NCBI GenBank assembly: GCA_900769835.1 | Contig: CAAGIE010000064.1 | Location: 1-33,318, forward strand | Reading direction: 5' to 3' | DNA from: an uncultured Oscillospiraceae bacterium | GTDB lineage: Bacteria > Bacillota > Clostridia > Oscillospirales > Oscillospiraceae | Length of the DNA: 33,318 nucleotides | In this document: positions 18,101 through 28,400 of the stretch, piece by piece | Layout: every line of letters begins with the position of its first letter | Numbering within the stretch: the first letter of the stretch is position 1 | Notes under the pieces: generated by a model | What the model saw: the letters and a program-made list of their open reading frames with translations, nothing else | Told to the model about the DNA's origin: nothing | Databases searched by the model: none | Made by a program: the position numbers and the translations under genes

Positions 18101-21100
18101 ACACCAGCGGCCTGAATTTCTCCGGCAAGACTGTAAAGCTTGGCGCAGATATGGTTCTCAATACCGGCGACGCAACCACTTGGGGCGCAACTGCTCCTGC
18201 AAATGCATGGACTCCCATTAAAGCCTTCAGCGGTACCTTCGATGGTCAGAACCATACCATTTCCGGTCTGTATCTGAAATCTACCGCAACGGACTATGAC
18301 GGCATGTTCAAGCTCAACAGCGGCGCGATCAAGAACTTTACTCTTACAAATAGTTATGTTTCCGGCTCCGGTAAGCTGGGCGCAGTGGTCGGCGCTATCG
18401 ACAACGGCAGCGTCACCAATGTCCATGTAAATGCAACTGTGGCAGGCGGCAACTATGTGGGCGGCCTGATCGGCTACCACGGTGGCGGCGGTGCTATTAC
18501 CATCGATGGCTGTAGCTTTGACGGCGCAATTACCGGCGCTTCCTACCTGGGCGGTATCCTGGGCTTCAGACAGAATGCCGGCAATGAGACCATTAAGAAC
18601 TGTACTGTTTCCGGCACGATTTCCGGCACCGGCAACCGCATCGGCGGTGTTGCAGGCTTCAGCCAGAACACCAGCGGTACGATCACTGTGGAAAATTGTA
18701 CTGTAGATGCCACCATCAGCAACACCAGCACTGCTCAGAGTGATATGGGTGGTATCCTGGGTTGCTATCTGGCAGCAACAGTCACTGTTAATAATTGTCA
18801 TTATACCGGCAATATGACTGCCGGCGCATACGGCAGCGGTGGTATCGTCGGCGCACAGAAGACCAATACCACCATTGAAAACTGTTCCTTCACCGGTGAG
18901 ATCATCGGCGCTAACCACTGGATCGGCGGTATGGTCGGCTATGTCTATGGCGGCACCATCACCCTGGTGAACAATATGTCCACCGGTCATATTGTTTCCC
19001 AGCATAGTTCCAACAGCGCTGTTGGCTCTTTGATCGGTCGTAACAATGGCGGTACTGTGAATGCAACCGGCTGTTACGGTGTTCTCAATGCATACTATAA
19101 GACCTCTACCTTGAAGGAATCTCAGGTCGGTCAGGGCACGGTTAACGGCTCGACTGCTCTGATCAACAACAAGGTCCGGGATCTGATGGAAGCATATTAC
19201 AACGCAGGCGTTGTGCTGGACTTCTCCAATAACATGGGCAGCTACTACGCAAACTCCAGCTTTGAGATCTCCAACCTGGGTCAGCTGGCAGCGTTCGATG
19301 TGATGGGTCAGGCTTATGACTTCAGCGGCAAGACCGTGAAGCTGACTGCTGATATCACCGTCAACGAAGGCGACGCAAATGACTGGACGATCCTGGCACC
19401 CAGCATCAAATGGATGCCCATCGGCGGTCTGTCCAGCACCAAGTTCGCTGGTACCTTTGACGGTCAGGGTCACACCATTTCCGGTATCTACTGCGCACAC
19501 AACGGCGGCAACTCCATGGGTCTGTTCCGTGAGGTTTCCGGCACTCTGACCAACTTCAAACTGGTCAACTCTTACTTTGCCAATACCATTGACACCACTT
19601 GGGGCTACAACGGCGGTATCGTTGCTGCTCTGACCGGCGGCACCCTGTCCAAGGTTTATACTGATGCGATCGTGGAGACTGTCGGCGCTTACGCAGGTGG
19701 CCTGGTTGGTTACACCACCGGCACCACCGCAACCATTTCCCAGTGTGTGTTCGACGGCGTGCTCAATGCCCGTTGCTATGTGGATCATGCTTGTGACAAC
19801 CAGTACGGCGCGATCCGCGCCCACGCCCGTTATGTGGGCGGCGTGGTTGGCAATTTGGCCGCAACCAATACCATCGTTAAGGATTGTGTTGTGACCGCAA
19901 CCATTCTCAATACCGATAACGGCGCACACCGCACCGGCGGTATCATCGGCGGCGCTTACGACAGCGGCAAGACGGCTACCATCACCGGTTGCTTCTCCCT
20001 GGCTGATTTCCGTGCTGATGTAAACTCCTACCACTTCAATATGATCATGGATGCCCGTAACAATAGCGGCACCACGCAGCCCACCAATGCGGCAACTCTG
20101 TACACCGACAACTATGTGCTGACTGCTCAGCTGCACACTCTGGCAGGCGCAGTGCTGAATGACGGTGGCAATTTGACCGGTGGTAATCAGGTTTCCTCCA
20201 GCACGATCCGCTATACCGCAGATGAGATGGCAAACAAGGTCGGCTACGCCGCACTGGCAACCAATAACCTGGACTTCGTGAACATCTGGAAGTTCAATAA
20301 GAACGCACTGCCCACTCTGCAGTGGCTCTCCGGTGCAAACGAAACCGGCGATCTGAACTTCCACTACCTGACCACTGAAGAGGGCGGTAAGCTCCTGAGC
20401 GTCTCTATGCCCAACGGCACCTACGACCAGTATGTGGATATGACTGTTGTGGAGTCCGAGGCCGGCAAGGGCACCTATACCGACGACAACGGTGACCAGC
20501 AACCCTACCTCCACCTGACTCAGGTGAACGATGCTCCCGTTGAGTTTAAGGACATCTTCTATGGCGCAGGTACCTACCTGACTAAGTACACCGGCACCAC
20601 CCTGGCAGATACTCAGGCTCTGGTTGCGCAGATGAAGGCATTCGGCTTTACCGAGTACACCACCAGCACCCTGAGCGACGGCGATGTGACCTACACTGCT
20701 CTGACCTTCGGTGACTATGTCTATGCTGTTACCTACTTCGCAAATACCCAGGAGACCTACATTTCTGCATCCGAAGAGCAGAAGCTGTCTCCCTACATGA
20801 ACGAGACCTACTACCAGACCGCAGTGAACACTGCTATGGGCGAGCCCAGCGGTCAGTTCAGCGATGTGACCATCACCTCTGTTGCGCTGGATAACGGTGG
20901 CGATGCCTTCATCATCCGCCTGAAGAATGGCCACTACATTATTGTGGACGGCGGTACCAACCGTCAGTCCGACCGTGACAGAATTGCCGAAGCACTGGGT
21001 GCAACGACTGCATCTGATGGAACAAAGCAACCTCAGATTGTGGTGGATGCCTGGTTCTTCACCCACTCTCACGCTGACCACGCAGGTATCTTCAGAGGCG

Positions 21101-22122
21101 GCATCTACGGTGCAATGCAGGTTGACGTTTACATCAAGGGCTTCTACTACAACTTCACCGAGAAGTGGCACCAGGATGCCCAGATCAAGATTGGCGGAAC
21201 GGAAGCCGCACCCGTTTATACCGATGGTTATGCGAATGCCGCATACTACTGGGAGAACCAGGATGAAGAAACCGGTATCAGCTACTACCGTAAGGGCATC
21301 GGCGACAGCAGTGAATTCTGGGTAGAGTACACTGCAACCCATAAGACTGCTGCCAACGTCAATACTCCTGCTTGGGGTTCTGCAGGCATTCCCATCTACC
21401 GTGTCCAGGCCGGTCAGAAGTTCTACTTCGACGGCATCACCGTGGAAGTTCCCTATACTCAGGAGCAGGTTCAGCCCAGCGAAATGCACTTGGATCTGAA
21501 CGGCACCGGTTCCTGGTTCCTGTTCACCGATGACTACGGCCAGACCTTCCTGGACGCAGGTGACGCAGAGCGCTTCAACGCCGTACAGGTTACCGAGCTG
21601 TACTCTGCTGACTACGCCCTCTTCGGCGCCGATGTGGGTAAGACCTTCCACCACGGCCTGAACCCCCTGGTTGAGTTCACCGGCACTTATGGCGAGACTC
21701 CTTCCGGAAGCACTGCAAGCCACTACAATTATGATCTGGTGGATAAGATCTACGGTATCAACAGCGCCTACGGCGATGGCCAGCAAACTCAGTTTGCCTT
21801 CGTTACCAAGACCTCCGGAGCTGGCTTTATCAGCATCTGCGGTTACACCACCAATGGCGGTTCCCAGAGAGACCTCTCCATCCACGAGATGCGTTACTTG
21901 TTCGGCTACGATCTGGGTGTAAGATCCTACAATGTTAAAAATTATAAGACTACTGCAAATCCCATTCCCTTCTCTGCTTACGGTGGCAAATTCGAAAAGG
22001 ATGGCTACACCGATACCTTTGAGGGCACTACCATCGTCACAATGAGCGAGAGTGGCATTACCTGGGATAAGCACCATACCACAAAGGTCTACGACCAGAA
22101 TGGCAATAAACTTTACAATTAA
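15181..22122 (+). CDS. Giant secreted protein A: N-terminal domain, four GLUG-like beta-helix modules, C-terminal metallo-beta-lactamase-fold hydrolase
   Basis: Signal peptide; YPAKEGYVFAGW; four WxP..GT(F/I)DGxxHTIS modules with VGGIVG repeats; VDGG, THSHADH, DAGD and HHG metal motifs; 2313 aa. Confidence 0.88.
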   Translation: MKMRTRRILSLLLVLAMVVGFIPAFDLGVKASAAGEETPAEPTAAVYAYVADISEYRVNTEVHDANNDDKHDLTAVYSDYPAKEGYVFAGWFVDQSGSMEAALPAEITSGGAYAKFVPERLMKAVAQVSITTDYTTAASSLRFVAAVDSLNYAQVGFKLNKEGSAKTYSHATGKVYTSLSAALEGGSLKPGYFGEAASYMYALTVTGIKDQSANYVATPFWITLDGTKVDHIPTTEKAVEMGIKANVAAGKTEIPENMTWYTNASVLYISNAEEFKAFAEMTKTDNFAGKTIKLSANIDLNPGVKWADITGASGDAYVWPGLGTLDVPFAGTIDGCGHTISKLTAKATGTTIGFIVAAKGATVKNLTLDASYIQNTSATGTAHTGVIAGWSDGITIDNVVVTKDVTVRGGYTMGLVGTAQTGTTTIKNSWSAITIQANYNNLVNVGGFLGHMNSTGKSVAVIENCLFTGTTKGTFKTGSYVGGIVGIGAYNNTVTITDTLSAGNINAVAGVTVYNGTCYVGSVIANTPGNGKGTYTDVYATNECAPAAIAAGTKYTGTVTLVANADIQGYNAFTNASGLDYANSWAAQQGGIPVPKVFAENNGVDISWYDSTKTEFVITTAAQLNGLVYLSKTNTFAGKTVKLGADITYNTGNAADWATTAPAYSWSPIGDSADGWKGTFDGQNHTISGLYCSNTGYATFIARMYAGGALKNVKIVNSYFVSTGTGDSFHNGAGILGRVTGAPTITGIYTDAYLKGVKGVGIIAFSDSGANTITNCWFDGTIDVTGATNVGGIVGSVANSVTHTISNCLFTGTVTGTVGGSAYVGGIYGIAPYSAKVNMTNCLVAGDMTGATGSGKIGAIAGNVPGGNGSTHTNVYATAETHANLAGAGGTLSKFTVTAVAEANILGDGAKSVLTGLTFNNPLNAQGWYTRENDVPAFGQYTIEGVDVSWYDESATEFVLMDEADLFGFVYLCNTSGLNFSGKTVKLGADMVLNTGDATTWGATAPANAWTPIKAFSGTFDGQNHTISGLYLKSTATDYDGMFKLNSGAIKNFTLTNSYVSGSGKLGAVVGAIDNGSVTNVHVNATVAGGNYVGGLIGYHGGGGAITIDGCSFDGAITGASYLGGILGFRQNAGNETIKNCTVSGTISGTGNRIGGVAGFSQNTSGTITVENCTVDATISNTSTAQSDMGGILGCYLAATVTVNNCHYTGNMTAGAYGSGGIVGAQKTNTTIENCSFTGEIIGANHWIGGMVGYVYGGTITLVNNMSTGHIVSQHSSNSAVGSLIGRNNGGTVNATGCYGVLNAYYKTSTLKESQVGQGTVNGSTALINNKVRDLMEAYYNAGVVLDFSNNMGSYYANSSFEISNLGQLAAFDVMGQAYDFSGKTVKLTADITVNEGDANDWTILAPSIKWMPIGGLSSTKFAGTFDGQGHTISGIYCAHNGGNSMGLFREVSGTLTNFKLVNSYFANTIDTTWGYNGGIVAALTGGTLSKVYTDAIVETVGAYAGGLVGYTTGTTATISQCVFDGVLNARCYVDHACDNQYGAIRAHARYVGGVVGNLAATNTIVKDCVVTATILNTDNGAHRTGGIIGGAYDSGKTATITGCFSLADFRADVNSYHFNMIMDARNNSGTTQPTNAATLYTDNYVLTAQLHTLAGAVLNDGGNLTGGNQVSSSTIRYTADEMANKVGYAALATNNLDFVNIWKFNKNALPTLQWLSGANETGDLNFHYLTTEEGGKLLSVSMPNGTYDQYVDMTVVESEAGKGTYTDDNGDQQPYLHLTQVNDAPVEFKDIFYGAGTYLTKYTGTTLADTQALVAQMKAFGFTEYTTSTLSDGDVTYTALTFGDYVYAVTYFANTQETYISASEEQKLSPYMNETYYQTAVNTAMGEPSGQFSDVTITSVALDNGGDAFIIRLKNGHYIIVDGGTNRQSDRDRIAEALGATTASDGTKQPQIVVDAWFFTHSHADHAGIFRGGIYGAMQVDVYIKGFYYNFTEKWHQDAQIKIGGTEAAPVYTDGYANAAYYWENQDEETGISYYRKGIGDSSEFWVEYTATHKTAANVNTPAWGSAGIPIYRVQAGQKFYFDGITVEVPYTQEQVQPSEMHLDLNGTGSWFLFTDDYGQTFLDAGDAERFNAVQVTELYSADYALFGADVGKTFHHGLNPLVEFTGTYGETPSGSTASHYNYDLVDKIYGINSAYGDGQQTQFAFVTKTSGAGFISICGYTTNGGSQRDLSIHEMRYLFGYDLGVRSYNVKNYKTTANPIPFSAYGGKFEKDGYTDTFEGTTIVTMSESGITWDKHHTTKVYDQNGNKLYN

Positions 22123-22137
22123 TTGGAGGTGAAAGCT

Positions 22138-22272
22138 TTGTCTTTGAAAGAAGCACTTTATGAAGCGCCGGATGTTGAAGAGATCGTTTTCGCTTCCGTA
22201 GATGCCATCGCCCTTTCCGAGGGCGTGGACGATGAAGACGATACCGTCGGTGACGACTGGTTCGAATTCTGA
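22138..22272 (+). CDS. Small acidic 44-aa peptide with a YxxP leader-like motif (not in ORF track)
   Basis: GGAGGTG RBS and TTG start; MSLKEALYEAPDVEEIVFASVDAIALSEGVDDEDDTVGDDWFEF; lies between the stop of A and the terminator. Confidence 0.7.
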   Translation: MSLKEALYEAPDVEEIVFASVDAIALSEGVDDEDDTVGDDWFEF

Positions 22273-22287
22273 TCGGCAAACAACCTG

Positions 22288-22321
22288 AAAACCCCCGACT
22301 GTTTCGGCAGTCGGGGGTTTT
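22288..22321 (+). terminator. Rho-independent terminator
   Basis: AAAACCCCCGACTG-TTTCGG-CAGTCGGGGGTTTT. Confidence 0.88.
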
Positions 22322-22411
22322 ACTTTATACATTATAATATATAGAGACTGCGCCGTGGGAAAATGGGCGAAAAGTGCAAATAATCTTTCTTTTTTAGGGG
22401 AAATTGCATAA

Positions 22412-22440
22412 TTGACGGGGAAGAGCGTTTGTGTTAAAAT
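22412..22440 (+). promoter_or_regulatory. Sigma-A promoter of giant surface protein B
   Basis: TTGACG, 17 nt, TAAAAT with an extended TG. Confidence 0.75.
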
Positions 22441-22482
22441 GTATGCGTGAAAATAGCGAAACCCAGGAAAGGGGAAACTTTT

Positions 22483-25400
22483 ATGCAGAAAAAGATCCAT
22501 CGTCTTCTCTCGGCGTTGCTTGTGCTGGCAATGGCCGTGAGTATGACTCCGGCAATCAGCTTGCCTGCAAATGCCGCAGAAACGACCCAAACCACCAATA
22601 AAAACGCGGTTTGGGAGTACATCTACGACATCAGCGCCTACCGAAGCGCCACGGAGAATCACGTTGTCAACAACGACAGCGACCTCTCTATGACGGTGTA
22701 CAGTGACTATCCCGCAAAGGATGGTTATGTGTTCGCAGGTTGGTATACCAGCCCTGCAAATACCACACCCCTGAGCGCTGAAGTTACTGCCGGCGGCGCA
22801 TTTGCAAAATTTGTGCCGGAAGAACTGATGAAGGCAGTGGCGCAGGTCAGCACCACCACGGATTACGAAACAGAAAACTCTGCGATCCGCTTTGTTGCGG
22901 CAGTGGAGAGCCTGGACTATGCCCAGGTCGGCTTTATGCTCAACCGTGCAGGTTCCTCCAGAACCTACACCCACGCATCCAACCAGGTATATACCAAGCT
23001 GTCTGCGGCAGTTGCAGGCGGTGTGTTGACACCTACATATTTCCATTCCACTGCAACCAATATGTTCGCTCTGACCCTGAGCGGCATTAAGAACCAGTCT
23101 GCAAATTATACTGCAACTCCTTTCTGGATCACGCTGGACGGCACCAAGGTGGATCATATCCCCACCGCTCAAAAGACGGTGAAAATGGGTGTCGATGCCA
23201 ATATGGCGGCAGGTCTGACTCTGCCCCCCGTTGTGGATACCGTTACGGAAACCACCGCTTGGTACGATGAAAATAAGACCGAATTTGTCCTGAGCACACT
23301 GGGTGAATTCAAGGGCTTTGTCACTCTGTCCCAGACCAACACCTTCGAGGGCAAGACCATCAAACTGGCAACGGATATCGTCTGGAACGAGGGCGATGCC
23401 TCCCAGTGGGGTACCACGCCTCCCGCAAATGTCTGGACGCCCATCGGCGATGGCTCCAATGGCTTCCAGGGCGTCTTTGACGGCCAGGGCCACACCATTT
23501 CCGGCCTTTATGCGAAAAATGGCGGCTATGCCGCTTTCGTAGCAAGACTCTACGGCGCAACCTCTGCCGTAAAGAATATCCGCGTTGTCAACTCCTACTT
23601 CGAGTCTGACGGCACTGCGGATGCCTTCCATAATGCCGCAAGTATCGTTGGCCGCGCCAATAACGGCTTCACCGTTTCCGGCATTTATACCGATGCTTAT
23701 TTTAAGGGTGTCAAGGCAGTAGGCATTGTGGGCTTCTGCGATTCCGGCGCTTCCACCATCACCAACTGCTGGTTCGACGGCACCATCGATGTCACCGGCG
23801 CAACCAACGTGGGCGGCATCATCGCAAACTATGCAAACAACCTGACTGCCACCATCACCAACTGCCTGTTCACCGGCACTATGGTCGGCACTGCTTCCGG
23901 TTCCTCCTATGTAGGCGGCCTGGTGGGTATCGGCCCCTGGAGCACTGCCATCAAGGCAACCAACTGCCTCTCTGCCGGTGATATGACCGGCGTGACCGGC
24001 GGTGTGACCGGTTCTGTGATCGGCAACAACCCCGGCGGCAACAAGTCTACATACACGAAAGTTTACGCCACCAACGAGACCCACACCAACCTCAAGGGTG
24101 CAGGCGGCGCAACCTTCCCCGTAACTGCAGTGGCAGAGGCAGACATCCTGGGCGCAAATGCCGCCACCGTTCTGTCCGGCCTGGGCTTTGTGGGTTATTG
24201 GGATACCCGCACCAACGATGTCCCCAAACTGGTGATGGCAGACACCACCTGGTACGACGCAAATAAGACCGAGTTTGTACTCTATACTGCCGCTCAACTC
24301 TACGGCCTGAGCATCCTGGCAGAAACTTATGATTTCAAGGGCAAGACCATCAAGCTTGGCGCAGACATCGTGCTGAACGAAGGCGATGCCAAGACCTGGG
24401 CGCAGAATGCCCCCGCAAATATGTGGAATCCCATCGGCAGAAGCGATGTTTCCCTGGACTTTGAAGGCACTTTCGACGGTCAGGGCCACACCATTTCCGG
24501 TCTGTACTACGATAGCGCATTGTACGGCGGCGGCCTGTTTGCAGTAACCGGTACCAGCGCAGTGATCAAGAACCTGAAGCTGACCAATTCCTATATCCGT
24601 TCCACTCACAATAACAAGTGGAGCGCCACCGGTTCCATCGCGGCGTTTGTCAACGGCACTGGTTTTTATAATGTATACTCCGATGCCATCATCGACACCA
24701 ACTCCGCTTATACCGGCGGCCTGGGCGGTCGTTCTCAGGGTACGGGCAGTACTGTGGAGAACTGCGAATTTGCAGGTACGATCAACGGCACCACCGCCAA
24801 TGCAATTTATATCGGCGGCATTTTCGGCGGTTTCAACACCAATGTGGTTGGTACCACCAACTTCAAGAACAACAAGTTCTCCGGTTCTGTTACCGGTGAC
24901 AACTGCGTAGGTGGTCTTGCCGGCTTTACCGACGGCACCGCAGGCTCCGTAGTTACAGTAGATGGCTTTACCTACACCGGCGAAGTCACCGCAACCAATA
25001 CCAGCAATGCCAGCCTGGTGGGCGGCGTGTTTGGTCTTACCCAAACCACCAACGTCACCATTAAGAACACCACCGTTAGCGGTGTGGTCAATGCACCTTT
25101 GGGCATTGCCGGCGGTCTGGTGGGTCGTGTGACCACTGCACCCTCTGTGACGATTGAGAACAGCGTGTTTGACGGCACTCTCAATGGCGGCACCAAGTTG
25201 GGCGGCTTTGTGGGTCAGGCCCAGGCAACCACCGTAAAGAATATTGCGGTTACCATTCGAAATTCTACGTTCTCCGGCGCTATCAACTCCACCTCCACCG
25301 GTGAGTCTACCAGTGCAGGTCTGATCGCCAGCGTCAATATGAGTAACACCGGCACCGTGACGATCGAACTCAAGGATTGCCTGACAGAAGGCTCTGTGAT

Positions 25401-28400
25401 CGCCGCAGGTCCTTATGCCGCAGGTGCCATCGCACAGATCATGAACGTGGAGGGCATCACCGTTAAGGTCGATGGCGTGATCTCCACCGCCGATGTGCAG
25501 TGTTCCGTTTCCAATGTAGGTGGCATCATCGCGCGTGTTATGGGCGTTAACCCCAGCATCAGTGTGCAGAACTGCCTGTCTAAGGCAACCTTCACTGCGG
25601 ACACCTGGTGTACCTCCCAGATCATCGCCCACGCACAGAACAATGCGGCGAAGATGAACAACAACTTCTTCGTCAAGACCGCATATTCTGCAGATAAGGG
25701 CATCGAGTCCAACGGCGGCAACGTTACCAATGCTCCCGTGGCAGTGAGCGAGGCAGTGCTGAACTACCTGATCGACCTCTATAAGTCCGGTATGCGTCCC
25801 GACTATGACGGCTTTGAGGACAGCGGCTACCTGATCAAGGATGCACAAGATCTCTACGGCTTCAATGTTTATAACGAGGTCAAGGGCTTCAGCGGCAAGA
25901 CCGCAAAACTCGCCGCCGACATCACCGTCAATACCGGCGACGCATCCACCTGGATGCTCAATGCGCCTGCCTATAATTGGCGTCCCGTGGGCGCTCTCAC
26001 CGGCGCAGGTAAGTTTGCCGGCACCTTTGATGGCCAGGGCTATACCATCAGCGGTATCTATTGCGCATACCCCGGCGGCAACTCCATGGGTCTGTTCCGT
26101 GAGGTTACCGGCAAGGTGGCCAACTTCCGCCTGGTCAATTCCTACTTCAAGAACACCGTAGAGTCCAACTACGGCTACAATGCCGCCATCGTGGCATACC
26201 TCAACGGCGGCACTGTTTCCGGCATCTACACCGATGCCTATGTGAACACCGTGGACTCCTACGCAGGTGGCATCGTGGGCATGGTAGGCGGCACCGCCGC
26301 GACCATTGCAGAATGTGAGTTTGACGGTCTGCTGATGGCGCAGTGTACCCTCAGCGGCGCTTGCCCCGGCACAACGGACACCGGCCTGCGCAGCCACGCA
26401 AAGTATGTGGGCGGCATCGCAGGTGCAAACCTGGCAACCACCCTCACCATCCGCGACTGTATTTATAGCGGCAAGGTGATGAACGAATGTACCGCCGCGC
26501 ACAGAACCGGTGGTATCCTGGGCGGCGCACCCCAGTCCGGCACCGGCATCACCATCACCGCCTGCCTGACTGTGGGCGAATTCAGCACCCTGAAGCACAA
26601 CAAGAATAACTACACCAACTTCAATATGCTCATGGACTGCCGTGGCGAAAAGGAAGGCACTTCCAGCGTCACCACCAGACCCACCAATGTGTCCACCTTG
26701 TATGCGGACAACTACGTGCTGTATCAGCGTCTGTATAACGAGTACAATGTGGCTCTGCAAACCGGTAGTAGTTATATTGCAGGCGCAAACTCCGCCAATG
26801 TCAGCGGTACACGCTACAATATGACCACGCTGATCAATAAGATCGCCGAGCAGATGAAGGATGGCACCAGCCCGCTGGATTTTGTAACGGTCTGGTCTTA
26901 TAAGAAGGATACCTTGCCTGTGCTCCGTATCTTTGATACAGATCGCATCGCAAATCCCTACTACATCACCGTGGACGGCACCCAGATCCTCTGTCTGGAA
27001 ATGACCGGCGAGACCTATGCCCAGTATAAGGATGCCAAACTGAAGGAAACCCTGCTGGAGGGTCAGACCAACGATAACGGCTGGCAGTTGTACGCTCTGG
27101 CTTATGAGTATTATGATGCCATCACCTTCAAGGATGTGGACTACGGCGAAAATGCTTATATCACCAAATATAACAACACCACACTGAGCGATTATACCTG
27201 GTATATCGGTCAGATGGAGGACTATGGCTTCCGGGTGGTGGCAAGCAATGTTGTGAATACCGACGACGCTTACTACACCGCTCTGACCTACAATAACCAC
27301 AGTTACTCCGTGACCTACTTTGCCAATACCGGCGAGACCTATGTCACTGCTTCCAACGAGATGAAGTTCTCTCCCTTCATGGCTGAGGACTACTACAAGA
27401 CCGCGGACGACAAGGATCCCGCGAAGCAGACTTATAGTGATATTACCGTTACGATGGTAGAACTCAGCGACGGCGGTATGTGCCAGATCATTCGCCTGAA
27501 GAATGGTCACTATATCGTTATCGACGGCGGCACCGGCACGACAGCGGCCGGAGCAACTGTCAACGGCACTACCTATACGGAAGCTGCAAAGGATCGTGCA
27601 GAATTGGCGGCAGCTTTGGGCGCAAGCGCCACTGCATACACCAATGGCGACAAGAACAATCCTCAGGTCATCGTGGATGCCTGGATATTTACCCACGACC
27701 ACGCTGACCACGTTGGCTGGCTCCGTGGCGGTGTCTATGGCGCAATGCAGGTGGACGTCTATATCAAGGGCTTCTACTACAACTTCACCGATGACTTCCG
27801 TGTGGATGCAGAGTTTGAGATCGGTGGCAATACGGTCCAGGGCTATGGCAATATCGCATATGCTTACCAGGACAACAAGGGCGCCAATGGTAGCAACCGT
27901 TACTATAAGGGCTCTCTGGACAATGGCCCCTTCTGGGTGGAATACTCTGCTACCCACAAACTGGCCAACAACGTCAATACTCCCTCTTGGGGTACAAAGG
28001 GCATTCCCATCTACCGCCTGCAGGCAGGTCAGAAGTACTACTTCGACGGTGTGACTATGGAAGTGCCTTATACCCAGGATCAGGCGCAGCCCAGCGAGTA
28101 TAGGATGGATATTAACGGTTCCTGCGCATGGCTTCTGTTCACCGATGACCACGGCAACACCTATCTGGAAGCCGGTGATACCGAAACCTGGAACCAGGAT
28201 GCAGTCATTAAACTCTATGACGACTACTACGATGGCGGTAGCGGCCCCAACTACGCTCTCTTTGGCGCAGATCTGGTCAACGCTTTCCACCACGGCCTGA
28301 ATCTGGAAGTCAACGGCAAGGATAACCATACCAGACTGAACATTCTGTTTGGTATCCAGAATAGCAACGGCAATCCTGCAACTGCCAACACTGCCACCAA

